Part shown: positions 41,433-56,200 of the stretch, piece by piece
Layout: every line of letters begins with the position of its first letter
Position numbering within the stretch: position 1 is the first letter of the stretch
Program-made: the position numbers and the translations under genes
DNA from: Lobosporangium transversale
Lineage: Eukaryota
Assembly (NCBI RefSeq): GCF_002105155.1
Contig: NW_019028981.1
Location: forward strand, 248,001 to 312,000
Length of the DNA stretch: 64,000 nucleotides
Reading direction: 5' to 3'
The notes under the pieces: model-generated
Database searches by the model: none
What the model was told of the DNA's origin: nothing
The model's input: only the letters and a program-made list of their open reading frames with translations

Positions 41433-42522
41433 TTTCGTCAAAGTGATTGAGGAATAAAGAAAAGAAGAAAAGAGAAAAAGTGGGCAGATGACACCTTTTT
41501 ATATGTTCGTTTTCAAAAGCCAAGAGGCAAGTGACATCATCTAACGTTGTCCATCGTTCTATCGATTTAATATCGATTTAATTCTGAGATTGCACAGTGA
41601 AAGAAACGAAGCAAGGATGAAGCAAAAACGACCGAGTGAGAGATTCATGTGATGTGCGCGCGTTCATTGTCCTTACATTTCACATCTATTGGTCCGTCCT
41701 GCTGGTGGCAAAAAGTCTAAAATTGAGAGAGCGAATAGCAGCAGATGCATGGAATCTACGCCGCTCATTATCCGCCTCTGATGTCATTCAGTGATCCTCG
41801 GACCCCTCTCACACCCCTTGGCACCAAAGCAAGCAAAAACTCCTCTCGCCCCCCTTGGCACCAAAGCAAGCAAAGACCTCTCATACTCCAAGCACTGGAG
41901 ATAAGAGCATATGACAATGACAAAGTGAAGAAATTTATTTGGACAATGAGCAACGAGCAACGAGCAACATGCAGTGTGATGCGATTAAAGTAAACAGGAC
42001 AAAGGCCCATAACATAAGCACACTGATAGTCGCATTTACACACCCATGCTCACAGGCAGCAAGCCTTGATCTGGAATAGAGGCAGCTCATCTTGACAACC
42101 CCCAGCCAAGTTTGTCTTTGGTCCTCCCTTTCCCTCGAAGAGGCCGACTGCGCAAATCGAAAGTGTCAAAAAGGGTTGAAAAGGATTAAAAAGGATTAAA
42201 AAGAATTGAAAAGAATTGAAAAGGATTAAAAAGAATTGAAAAGGATTGAAAAGGATTAAATGAAATAAGAGTACATTATCAAAGTACTATTCAAGATAAT
42301 TCAGTGGAATATGAAAAGATAAACAGTACTGTGCTTGCTATCGCCATTTGCATGCTGCTTTTATTCATTTGTCTCGCTCCACAAGCGATAAGTGTCATCA
42401 ACAAGTCACATTGTTCTCTAAACGCCTACCTCCTTTCTCTTCGCATATGGAAGCATAAGCATGAATAAGTAGATATGAAATAAAATTAAATCATTAAACA
42501 AAATAAATATAAAATTAAATAA

Positions 42523-42671
<149 letters not shown>

Positions 42672-43435
42672 CAGAAAAAACAGAAAATAAAAAAAAAAAA
42701 ATGAAATGAAATAAAAATAAAAGTAAAAAAATAAATAAAAAAGAAAAGAAAAGTAGGCTATTGAATTATTGAGTGTGCCTTTTGAAATAAAATCATAGTT
42801 AAATAAAGTGTAACCACCTTTTCTTCTTTTCTTTTTACTTTGCTTGACCAGCTTGTCGGCATCCACACACTGGAACTGGCTCAGTACGCTCTAGCGGCAA
42901 TTGCTGTCTCCGTATGAACAGTATGCGTACGCATTTTAAATGAACAATGAAGAACAAGTAACAGAAATCTCTGTTGAAAAGCAGCTCTTTGGTTTCAATC
43001 ATAACAAAGTTATAAGCTTTCTGATGAATGCAGCTTAACGGCTCAAGAAGAACCAACTTTATCTGAGCACGAGCCACGCATAGTCGCGCTCATCGCGTGT
43101 GGAACGTGGCAATCATAATATGCACAAACAGCAACAACAACAACAACAACAACAACCCCCCAAAAAAAAAAAAAAAAAAAAAAGGTAACCAGATCAGTAA
43201 TCAAGATGAATGCAGGGTCTTCGCATTTTGATTAGCCTTTATGTTATCGGGGGTATTACGGATATCGAGGACATTGAGGATATCGAGGCTATTGAGAGAT
43301 GTAATGTAACATATTTACCTCTATCCCTCATCTATCTAATCTTTTTTTTTATTTTTTTTATTTGGGAGCAGCTACTTAGGCCGGCATCCTTCTCCTCTCT
43401 TACCTTCTGCTCTCCTAACTTCACTTACTAGTGCC

Positions 43436-45001
43436 TCCGGCAGTGCAACTCCTTTCTTCATAAAAGCTATATTACAAGTTTAAGTTAGTCATAGATGTGC
43501 TGGTCTAGAGCGCCTCTGGTAATGTTAGAGCCCCTTCCCTCCTAATCAAGCTGCCCTGCGAGCTTACTTTGGCCAAAGTTGTGCCGGTTTTGGGTACCTC
43601 TGGCAATGCAAGAGCTCCTTCACCCCCAGTCGAGCTGTCCCCAAGTCAATAGCGATCAAACTCGTGTTGGTCTTGAGTGGATTTACAAGCACTAGAAAGC
43701 CACTAGCTCCAACTCTTCGAGCCCTCATCTCAACGTATAGCTTATGAAGATGTGATGATCTTTTAGTTTGTAAATCGGGAACATTCACGAGAGGCGGGGA
43801 TAGAACAATATGAATCGTTCTCATATTGCTAAGTTCTATGATGCGAACAGGTTCTTCGTATCGTGTGGATGCTGGAAATAATTACCCGATAATACTTCAA
43901 AAACAACCGAGTCCAAGTCGAAAGGTTGATACACTTGGCACTTTTAGGGCATTCGCAAATGCTTCAATTCAGTCTTGGACCAATTCCAGTTGCATATGAT
44001 GTCCAACTCTTAAGTACGTCTTGTATTGGCTAAGGAGCTGAATGATTTTTCAGTTCTGGCCTTGGATCGCAATCTGATAATTGCTTTACCAAGCTTCCGA
44101 CCATATTTGGCATCATTCACCTTCACTGTATCTGCAAAGGTCTCCTGTTATTTTTCGTTGTGCGCTGAATGATAGTGCTCGAAACAAACCCATTTAGCGT
44201 GGTCTGTCTCGGTCGTGGGCCCTGTACAGATAGCCGAGTTGTCCGTCTTCACCGTTGAGCTCGGCCGTTGGGGGGTTAGCTCCTTCAAGTTCCTCATAAC
44301 TATCAACTGTGCAGATGCCGTTCAAGGCTGAGTACTCAACAGAGAGCACTTTCATAAAGTCAATTGAATAACTGATACCGGCATCGCTCAAATTTGAGGC
44401 AGATGTCAGGAAAACGAGCGAGGGCTTCCCCATTCTCAAGTTGTGTTACTATAAAGGAATAAATATATAGTCCCTATACTTGCGAAAGGACTCCGTGCTG
44501 TTTCGGACTTCATATCCATCATGGTTGGCAATATGAGTTTAGTTCTAGCTTCTCTTGCTTGCCTTTGCGATATGATCTCCGCATTCACATAGGAAACGAA
44601 GACGGAACTTGTTCCTTTAGATATTTATTGAGTCCCATTTGTAGGTAATGTTATAAATAGCCAAGGGGCTGGATGTATTGAAGTGAGAGTGAGGTAAAGT
44701 ATGTATGGATACAATACACCTTGTTCCTTTCTCTCCCCAGTATGGCCTCTACAGGATATTTCAGCACGCCTGGATGCTTCTCCTAAGCTACGTTCCATTT
44801 TTTTTACGCGTACAATTGGATAGTCGCTCAAGAAAGGCCAATGTTTCGTATCTACTCCTTGGTTTTAAGCTGTTACTGTGTGCCATGTGTATGTGTGTGT
44901 CGTCCAGACGTCTATTGTGTAGTAAAGCATGGCCTATTAGATCACGCGCAGAGCTTCGAGCAGTTATTTCTGACGTTTCCGGAATATTAAATAACGTATA
45001 C
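43436..45001 (-). pseudogene. Decayed internal fragment of a COR-like + RNI-type LRR gene
   Basis: Minus strand across stops and frameshifts: PAPWLFITLP, NKFRLRFLCECGDH, HIANHDGYEVRNSTE, LEGAN, LGYLYR..TTETDHAKWVCFEHY, then LRR remnants LKTNTSLIAIDL, GGEGALALPEV, REGALTLPEAL. Confidence 0.8.
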
Positions 45002-48049
<3,048 letters not shown>

Positions 48050-48351
48050 TAAAAAAATAAATAAATAAATTAGAAAAAATACAAATGCATCCTATTTGAA
48101 TATCTCCCTTGTTAAGTGTGCATATAGAATGTGAAAATGGGGTGTTAACTAGTAGAGCTAGGTTCAAAAGTCCAATAGGAAATTTGCGCGTGCGGAGAAA
48201 TACTAACGGCTGCACGATTTAATTATTTCTTGCAGGTGCATTAGATCACTCGTCACACCCAATTGTTTTGGTGACATTTTTTTTTTTTTAATTTATTTAA
48301 TACAATGATCTGGATGAAAATGTCTACATTATTTCATTGTTTTTTTATTTT

Positions 48352-49959
48352 TTAAGCAGAAGTTGTTGTCTCTGATCCCTCAACAGCTGCAGATGAAGAA
48401 TTGCTCGCCTCAGCAGTTGAAGATGTTGCTGGTACAGTAGATTTTTGAGCTGCCAATTGCCATGCTGGGATGGAAGCTTTTGAGTTCAAGAAATTCATGG
48501 CTCCACTAGCCTCCTCTGGGCCCTTGGTACTGGGTGTGCTAGGCTGAGAAGTTGAAGAAGGATTGCCGTATGTAGTGCTCCAAGGAGCACCAGGGGCTCC
48601 GGCAGAAGCAACAGGTGATCCAGGCACTGCAGGGCTTGCTCCAGGGGCTCGCCGGTTCAACAACAAGCTCTTGAGAGACTTGATCTCTGTCTGAAGTTCG
48701 TTTAATACGTTTGCTTGAGATTCTTTATTCTTATCCATGAGCTGGAAATAATAAAAGTAGAGAGAATTAGGATTAGTCAGTAGACTAGCTACCACTCAGA
48801 AACTTTATTACTTTTTTTTTTTTTCCCCTCTTCTTGTCTTTACCTTGGGGATCATGCTCTTGATATTCTCAATGTCAGATTTTAGTCCTGAAAGCTCCTG
48901 CTCACGCTTCTCATCGTTTGTCTTCATGCCATCCAAGACACCAGACATGTTCTCAAGAGATTCCTTCACGTGCGCAGTCTGATCTTCCACATTCTTGGCT
49001 ACAACAGTCGTACTCTCTTTAACCTCGGTCAAATTTTTCTCGATTTCTTCAAATTGTTCATCCAACTTTTTCTTGTCCAGTTCAAGGTCTTCTTGGGAAG
49101 GCCATTGCAACTTGGGACCAACGACTTTCTAAATATTTATGATTTATATTAATAAAAAAATAAAGAAAATAAAAAAAAAAAAAAAGGTGATTAATAAATG
49201 CTTTTTTTTTTCCTCAGATACAAGCAAATAAGGTTTCCAGCCGATCCGTTTAATCCGTAATTCTATTACTTCTTTAACTGGATCAAAGAACTATTCGGAG
49301 ACAATTTCCCCGTTCTTTTGATCCCACTACCCGTGCTACCTTTTTTTTTTCCCTTTCTTTTGTCATCTTGCCCCATCAAAATAGTGTTATTGCTGAAAAA
49401 AAAAAATGCCTTAAGTGCTTTTTTTTTTGTCGTCCTCTTCTCATTCATTCTCTCATAGGTTGTTATAATAGAGCTTTCCTTTTCTTTTCATTTTCCTTTC
49501 TTTCTTTGAATGTGAAGGAATAATGTGCAATATGGTGCGTACGTTTTTTTTTTTTTTTGTTGGGCTGTAAAAGTATTCATTTCATTTTATTACCTTTGCA
49601 ACTTGCCATAGACCATAGCTGAATCCTCCTGCAACAACAGCAGCAATAAACATATCTTTCCAATCATATTTTGGTGGTAAAGGTGGTGGCGCCATCATAA
49701 CCTGACCTCCTGGTCCATACTGCACATTTTGGTGTTGACCATTGCCAGCTGGGACAAGAGCTGTGGTTGCTACAGGAGCTGCAGTAGTGGTTGTTGCAGC
49801 TGTTCCATTAGCCCGTTGCATAGCCTCCTCGATCTCCTCTGAAGTCATACCCTTGGACTCCAAAAAGGCCACCTTCTTCCCTAAAGGAGAAGATTGAACC
49901 TTGGGATCTTGTAGAAACTTGACTGCTGATGCCAAGATATCTTCACGCTTTCCGGACAT
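48352..49959 (-). CDS. PEX14: Peroxin 14
   Basis: Pex14_N motif REDILASAVKFLQDPKVQSSPLGKKVAFLESKGMTSEEIEEA, then WKDMFIAAVVAGG, a coiled coil, and C-terminal IKSLKSLLLNRR and IPAWQL. Confidence 0.95.
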
Positions 49960-50266
49960 TGTTGTTTTTGTTGACTCGTTTATGATGAAAAGAAAAGGAA
50001 AAGTAGAGTTGATGAATCAAAAGGATGAGAAGGAATGAAAAGAGAACAAAAGAAAAAAGAGGGAATTAACAGAAAGAACGTTTATGTTGCTGCAAAGTGA
50101 ATGAAATTTTTCGATGCTGACTCTGACTGACACCAGACGGTCTCTGCAATGTGTGGAGAGAATATTTAAGCCGAAAATGGACTCTTGATAAAGTGTTTAA
50201 ATGTCACTATCATGTGACGCCGATTTATTAAGCAAAAAGATTTTTTCTTTTTTTGTGAGGATTTCT

Positions 50267-52525
50267 TTATGCAGATTTGGCTCGCTCAACAAACGCCTTG
50301 ATCTTGTGTTCGTCCTTCTCACCATTGGTTTCCACTCCGCTGGACACATCCACGGCCCAAGGACGGACCTGGCGCACGGCCTCAGCTACATTCTCTGGAT
50401 TCAACCCTCCTGCCAGAAGGATCGGAAATCCACCTTCCTGTGAATCAACTACAGTCTTAGCGATCGACCAATCAAATACCTGACCTTCACCTCCTCCATA
50501 TCCGCCAGCTTTACCTGCTGAATCCAACAGGCAATATGCATTCAAGCCACGGGTACCAGCAACTTTTTGAATCACTTCTTTAGCAGGCTCATCTCCACGG
50601 ATATGAAATGCCTTGATAACTGGTACAGGCAAGAACTTGGCCATCTCTGGATTTTCGCCTCCATGGAATTGAACCAAGTCGATCTTGAGTGTATCCACAA
50701 TCCTCGTGATCTCTTCTAGGGATTGATCTCTAAATACACCAACGATCATGGGCTTCCGAGGGTTACGCTCCGCTCTCTTGGCATGCATAGAAAACCAGTC
50801 CTCATTTGCCACATTGCCTCCCTTGTTAGCTCCACGAAGCGTATCCTCAGAGTCTCCATCTGCTTCTGCTATAGCATTGGCATATTCCCTAACGGCCTCC
50901 ACAATCTCTGCAGCTACATTGAGCTTAACCTGACGCTTCGATCCCTCTGCAAAGATCATGCCAATAAAATCTGCTCCGGAGTCTGCAGCTTGGAGTGCAG
51001 CATCCACTGTTTGAACACCACAGATCTTGACCAGAACCTTTGACTGTTCCTTCTCAGCGGTCAAACCCAACAGTCCACGAATGAATGCCCTTTTGTCTGA
51101 CGAGAGCATCAAAGCCTCGCCCACAAGGACACCCTTAACACCCTGCTCAACGTAGCGCTCCACATCTTCGCGACCCTTGATCCCGCTCAAGGCCACTAAT
51201 ATAGTATCTTTTGGAACCATGTTGACGAGTTTAGTGGTAGTGTTCATGTCAACTTCAAAGTTATGCAGGTTCCTGTTATTGACGCCGATGACCTTGGCGC
51301 CCAACTCGATTGCGACCTCCATCTCCTGTGCATTATTAACTTCGACCAAAGGCTCGATTCCCAAGTTGACTGCAAACTTGTAGAGTGTATGCAATTGCTC
51401 AATTGAAAGCATGGCGACGATCAACAAGATTGTGTCAGCACCATAGACGCGAGCCTCCAAGATCTGGTAGGTGTCAACGATAAAATCCTTGCGAAGGACA
51501 GCTGGGCGGTTGGGCAGACTATCGATCATGGCTCGAACTACACGCATGTCATTCAAGGATCCTTTGAACCATTTGGGCTCAGTCAAGACACTGATAACGC
51601 TCGCACCCGCACGGGCATAGGCTAACGACTGTTCTGCAGCATTGGCATCCAAGTCAATGTTACCCTTACTAGGGCTAGCACGCTTAATCTCGCCCATAAT
51701 CGCAGGTAAGGGCTGGCTCTTCTTGATACGTGCTACAAAATCAATCTGTTTTGGCGCCAATCCAAGGTCAATAAGCTTCTGCAAGTCAGCAGCAGATTGC
51801 CCCGGCAGAGCTTTGGCATCTGCAACATCCTGAAGACGCTGTCCCAAGATCTTGGTGAGAATACTGGGAACGGCTGTCTTAGCAGCCTCCGCTGTCCCTG
51901 CAGGCTTGATATCCGAATCAACCCCATACTCTGGATTCTCTTTCCAGGTACCGCCACGGAGCTTCAAGAAGTTGCTAAATAAGGTCTGTCCATGCTCAGA
52001 AAGTACACTCTCTGGGTGATATTGCACACCTTCAACACAGAGAGTCTTGTGACGCACTCCCATGATGACGCCTGATTCAGTTCTGGATGTGACTTCCAGT
52101 ACTTCAGGCACAGTTGAAATAACACCTGAAAGCGAATGATAACGTGTGCAGAGAATATCCTGCGGAATGTTGAGGTAAAGGCCTTTGCCGTCGTGCTTAA
52201 TAGGTGAAACCTTACCGTGTACGATCTCTCCTGCATAGCCAACACTGCCTCCATAAATCTCAAACATGCACTGCTCACCCAAACAGACACCAAGAACAGG
52301 GATCTTTCCAGCAAAGTGCTTGATCGCAGCCTTGGAAACACCGGCAGAGTCAGATGGATGTCCTGGGCCAGGGGAAACAACCAGATGAGTTGGATCCAAA
52401 GCTATGATCTCCTCAACTGTAATAGCATCGTTGCGATAAACTTTAACATCTGCGCCAAGGATGCACAGTGACTGATAGATGTTCCAGGTAAAACTGTCAT
52501 AGTTGTCGATCATAATAATCGCCAT
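50267..52525 (-). CDS. TRP1: Trifunctional tryptophan biosynthesis protein (TrpG glutamine amidotransferase, IGP synthase, PRA isomerase), intronless
   Basis: IDNYDSFT, GVCLG, QYHPES (TrpG); EIKRASPSKG, LRKDF, GVNNRNL (TrpC); VKICG, LLAGGLNPENV, DVSSGVE (TrpF). Likely start MAIIMIDNY at 52525. Confidence 0.97.
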   Translation of the reverse strand: MAIIMIDNYDSFTWNIYQSLCILGADVKVYRNDAITVEEIIALDPTHLVVSPGPGHPSDSAGVSKAAIKHFAGKIPVLGVCLGEQCMFEIYGGSVGYAGEIVHGKVSPIKHDGKGLYLNIPQDILCTRYHSLSGVISTVPEVLEVTSRTESGVIMGVRHKTLCVEGVQYHPESVLSEHGQTLFSNFLKLRGGTWKENPEYGVDSDIKPAGTAEAAKTAVPSILTKILGQRLQDVADAKALPGQSAADLQKLIDLGLAPKQIDFVARIKKSQPLPAIMGEIKRASPSKGNIDLDANAAEQSLAYARAGASVISVLTEPKWFKGSLNDMRVVRAMIDSLPNRPAVLRKDFIVDTYQILEARVYGADTILLIVAMLSIEQLHTLYKFAVNLGIEPLVEVNNAQEMEVAIELGAKVIGVNNRNLHNFEVDMNTTTKLVNMVPKDTILVALSGIKGREDVERYVEQGVKGVLVGEALMLSSDKRAFIRGLLGLTAEKEQSKVLVKICGVQTVDAALQAADSGADFIGMIFAEGSKRQVKLNVAAEIVEAVREYANAIAEADGDSEDTLRGANKGGNVANEDWFSMHAKRAERNPRKPMIVGVFRDQSLEEITRIVDTLKIDLVQFHGGENPEMAKFLPVPVIKAFHIRGDEPAKEVIQKVAGTRGLNAYCLLDSAGKAGGYGGGEGQVFDWSIAKTVVDSQEGGFPILLAGGLNPENVAEAVRQVRPWAVDVSSGVETNGEKDEHKIKAFVERAKSA

Positions 52526-52748
52526 GATGAATAGCTTTTGTTTCTTGTCCGTAGATATGAGGGAACTGGTGACTAATATACTAAAAAGATCGGGCATTTT
52601 GAAGTTTTACATTTATTAGTAAAGATAACCAAGAAACTGAGTTCACTTTTTTTTTACTGTCAGGAAAGTTTGGGTCATTTACCGACGGAATGTAAAGAAA
52701 TGAAAGTAAGTGAGAACACTGAATGAATGGAGGATGAGAGATTTCAGG

Positions 52749-52785
<37 letters not shown>

Positions 52786-53215
52786 AAGAAGAAAGAAAGA
52801 GAGATTGATGTGCCTGTAGAACAAGAGGATTTTGTGTACAGAATACAGGAAGGGAGCGGGCTGAGTCACAATCGATCGTTGGATGGGGCGTTGAACCATT
52901 CAAAACGACAGAATTAACTCCGATACCAGAGTACATTGGTACAGACAGAGGGCTGTTTTAATTTTAATGAATAGATAGATAGATGATGATTACACTATGA
53001 ATATGAGTACAAGCACAGTCGTCGTTGCCATGCTGGAACTTGCCGCTGGCTAATCTGCGCGACATACGGCGCGTAGAAGTACAGAAATATGAAATAAAAA
53101 AAAGAGGAAAAAAAAAAGTAAAAAAGACAGCGCAGTAATAGTAGAAAGACACAACAAAATGTGATGGTACAAAACAAACAAATTAAAGCAAAAAAAAAGA
53201 AATACAAAAAAAACG

Positions 53216-53248
<33 letters not shown>

Positions 53249-53282
53249 AATGAATAAATTAGTTGTGGCTCTCAATGCCTCC

Positions 53283-56200
53283 TCAATTAGCATTGGCTGT
53301 AGCCGCTGCCAGAAAAGCTGCATTTGCAAGAACTTCATGTGGAGGAGCAGGCATCGTAAGAGTACGTCCCCTCAGCTTTCTAAACTTGACATTCTCACGC
53401 CTCTCGATCTCAACATCATCGCGTGCCTGCAGCTCCTCTACTGTCTTCTCACCAACCGTGTAGCGAATCACCTCTTTAGGCTTTGGTGGAGGAGGCACAG
53501 GGACAGCAGGCAAGGCTCCACGATGTACAGTTGCTTTTTCCTTTGTCCCTTTGGCTACCTTTGTTGACGAAGAGGATGGTGAGGTTGTAGAAGTTGGTTC
53601 TACTGTAGCGTTCTGTTTTTTGGCTGCGATTACAGCAGTTTTGCTCTTTATGCCCTTTGGAGAAGCGACCGTAGTCTCCGTCTTCTTTGATTTGACAATA
53701 TGGATCTTGTCTACCGACTTTACTTTGGCCACTTTGAGCATATCTGTTGACACTCCATGCTTCTTGGACGTTATTGCCTTGGTCATTGTCGTTTTTTTGG
53801 ACATTGTCTTCGGCGATTTTTCCGTGATAGCTACCTCCTTAGTATCGGCGACAGCGGCGACCTCGTTAAGCAAAACGTTACTGGCTTTGGGAGTGATGTG
53901 AGGGCCAGGAGGGTAAATACGAAGATTGCCTCGAATGATGGGTGCTACAGCTGGCTTTGACACCATTTGGCTGGCGGTGAACTGCATTTGGGTCATGGAA
54001 GATTGAATAGGATAGGATGCGACAGAAGACATGGCTTTTACTTTGGTCGCTTTTTTGGTTTTAGATTTTGCATCCATATCAAGCACAGTAGCCTTTATCT
54101 TGGGCTTCGATGCTTTGTTCTTCTCCGATGCCTCTGTTTTCATTTTTTTGACTTTGCTCTCTTTACCCTTCACAGCTACGTCTTCACTGGTAAGACTCTC
54201 GGATCCATGAACTCCATGAGGGCGCTTAGGCACACGGGACTGTGCTGCTGACTGGTAATCTGCGGGATTGGCTGACATGGTCATTGCCGTATCAGCAAGA
54301 ACCATAAGTGCCTCATCCAGATCCGAGGAAAGGTTATGCTGATGTTGATGATCGGAAGGTGATGGAGAGCTTTCATCGCTTGACTCTTGACTTTCCTCTG
54401 AAGAGTCGCACTCTTCACAGTTCCAACTGTACCCACTACAAAATCAAGTACAGCTATCAGTTACAATATACTTATGCAATGAAAGGAAAAAGTGAAGAAA
54501 AAAAAAAATACACCATTTATAATAAAGCTGTGGACTTACCGAGGAGGCACCCTTGCCATTGGAGGGTCGAGACACTTGGGATGAAACTGTCGCTGGCAGG
54601 AATCGCAAGAGACCATACGATTCAGTACCTTGATCGACATTGGGGACAGATAGCCATTTGAATCTCGCTCCAAATCCAGCTTTTCTTCTGGGAGTGTCAA
54701 CTGATGACACACTGCACATGGTTCTACAGATCGTGGGAGTTTAACTCCAGCCATGCCATTAGATTGACCAACCTGGTAATCCGCGCCCTTGACAGAAGCA
54801 TAAGAGTCGTCGAGATCTGAAAAATCACGTTTGATCATCCGTCCTCTGCTTGAAGTGAATACGACTGGAAGCTGACCCCTATTGGTTGGCGTAGGTTTGG
54901 GGTATACCTTCTTGGACTTGGCATTCTTGCCGGCAGTATAAAATTGGTTAGACCTCATGGAAAGCTTGCCGTAGCTGCCTTTAGATGATCGTCCATGGCG
55001 TTGTCCGCCCTCACTGTCGTCTATTCCAGAGTCTATATTACTCTGCGAACCAGGCTGTGTATAAGGATTGTCACATGGCAATGACTCAATATCGATTGTC
55101 TCAATAATATCCTGAATATTGCTCTTCCAGCGAGATGTGTCTGGTAATGAGTTGTACCAGGCCAGGGTAGTGTCGATGGAAAGCGGTGCCTCAAGTTGCT
55201 CCGCAGACAAGTTCTCAAGATAATTAGCGCACTCCAAGAGACTTGACAAGAGATTGCGGGTATGCATTTCAATCCTACGCTGTTCCAATTGAGCTTGTTG
55301 GGCTTTGGATGAAATAGCCTCCAATCGGGATTTGGACTTGTCAATCTTACTGTTGAGGTAATATCCAATGGAGTGTTGACGGGAAAGCTCGCTCCTTTCC
55401 CTTGCAATCCGCCTTTCTCGTGCTTGCTTGAATCGAGAGTATGAATGTTCAAAAAGCTCGATAATACCTTCATCTTCGTCCTCGCCATCATTACTGGCCC
55501 GCTGCATTTCAAGCAATTTGAGTGTACGCTTACGACCTTGTTCGTCCTGCCACTTTTTCAGAAACGCATCCTTTTGTTTGACCCATTTCAGCCACCCATT
55601 AAGCTTGGGATGACCATCAGTGGCGCCATGTTGCTTGCAGTACATAAAGTATGGATCAGCCATATCTGTCTCCTCAACGGTCTCTAGTAGCGAGTAACCT
55701 TGAGCGCAGGTGATATGAAACGATTTGCGACACTGTCCCGCATCACACTGCACACAGGCTCCCATTGCTGCATCCTGAGGGTCATTGCACATATAACAAG
55801 TCTAAGTTTACAGATTGAAAAGTCAAGGAAAGGATTTCAATGTCAGACAATATGAAAGAGGAAAAAAAAAAAAAGAGAAGAGAACCTTATATGATATGAA
55901 AATTTTAGAAGCGAGCTATACCATATTCCAATTCTTCTCGGGTATGTCTCTGACAGAGATTTTGTCCACATTCTCGGGGTCCCCTAAGGTTGTCTCTGGT
56001 AACCAGAGTGCGCAGACAACGTGCACCCAGCCACCGCTAGGATCTTCTGGGATGAGTCTTCGGAATGCACCATCTTTGGATGGGCAACAAACGCACGACT
56101 AAGAATAGATCAAGTGAAGTCATGATTTTTTTTTTTTTTCCCGTTAATGAAAAAATCGTAACTCTGTTTTGAATTTTTTTCCCTCACAGCCTCATAGCAT

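Noticed and set aside
43427..43435. Helitron 3' end (CTAG followed by T) at the inner arm ends
   Set aside because: Identity between arms extends past CTAG, there is no clear subterminal GC hairpin, and the outer ends do not start with TC.
52526..52597. 24-residue N-terminal extension of TRP1 in the ORF track
   Set aside because: Homology starts at MAIIMIDNYDSFT; the upstream ATG is probably in the 5' UTR, though this was not tested.
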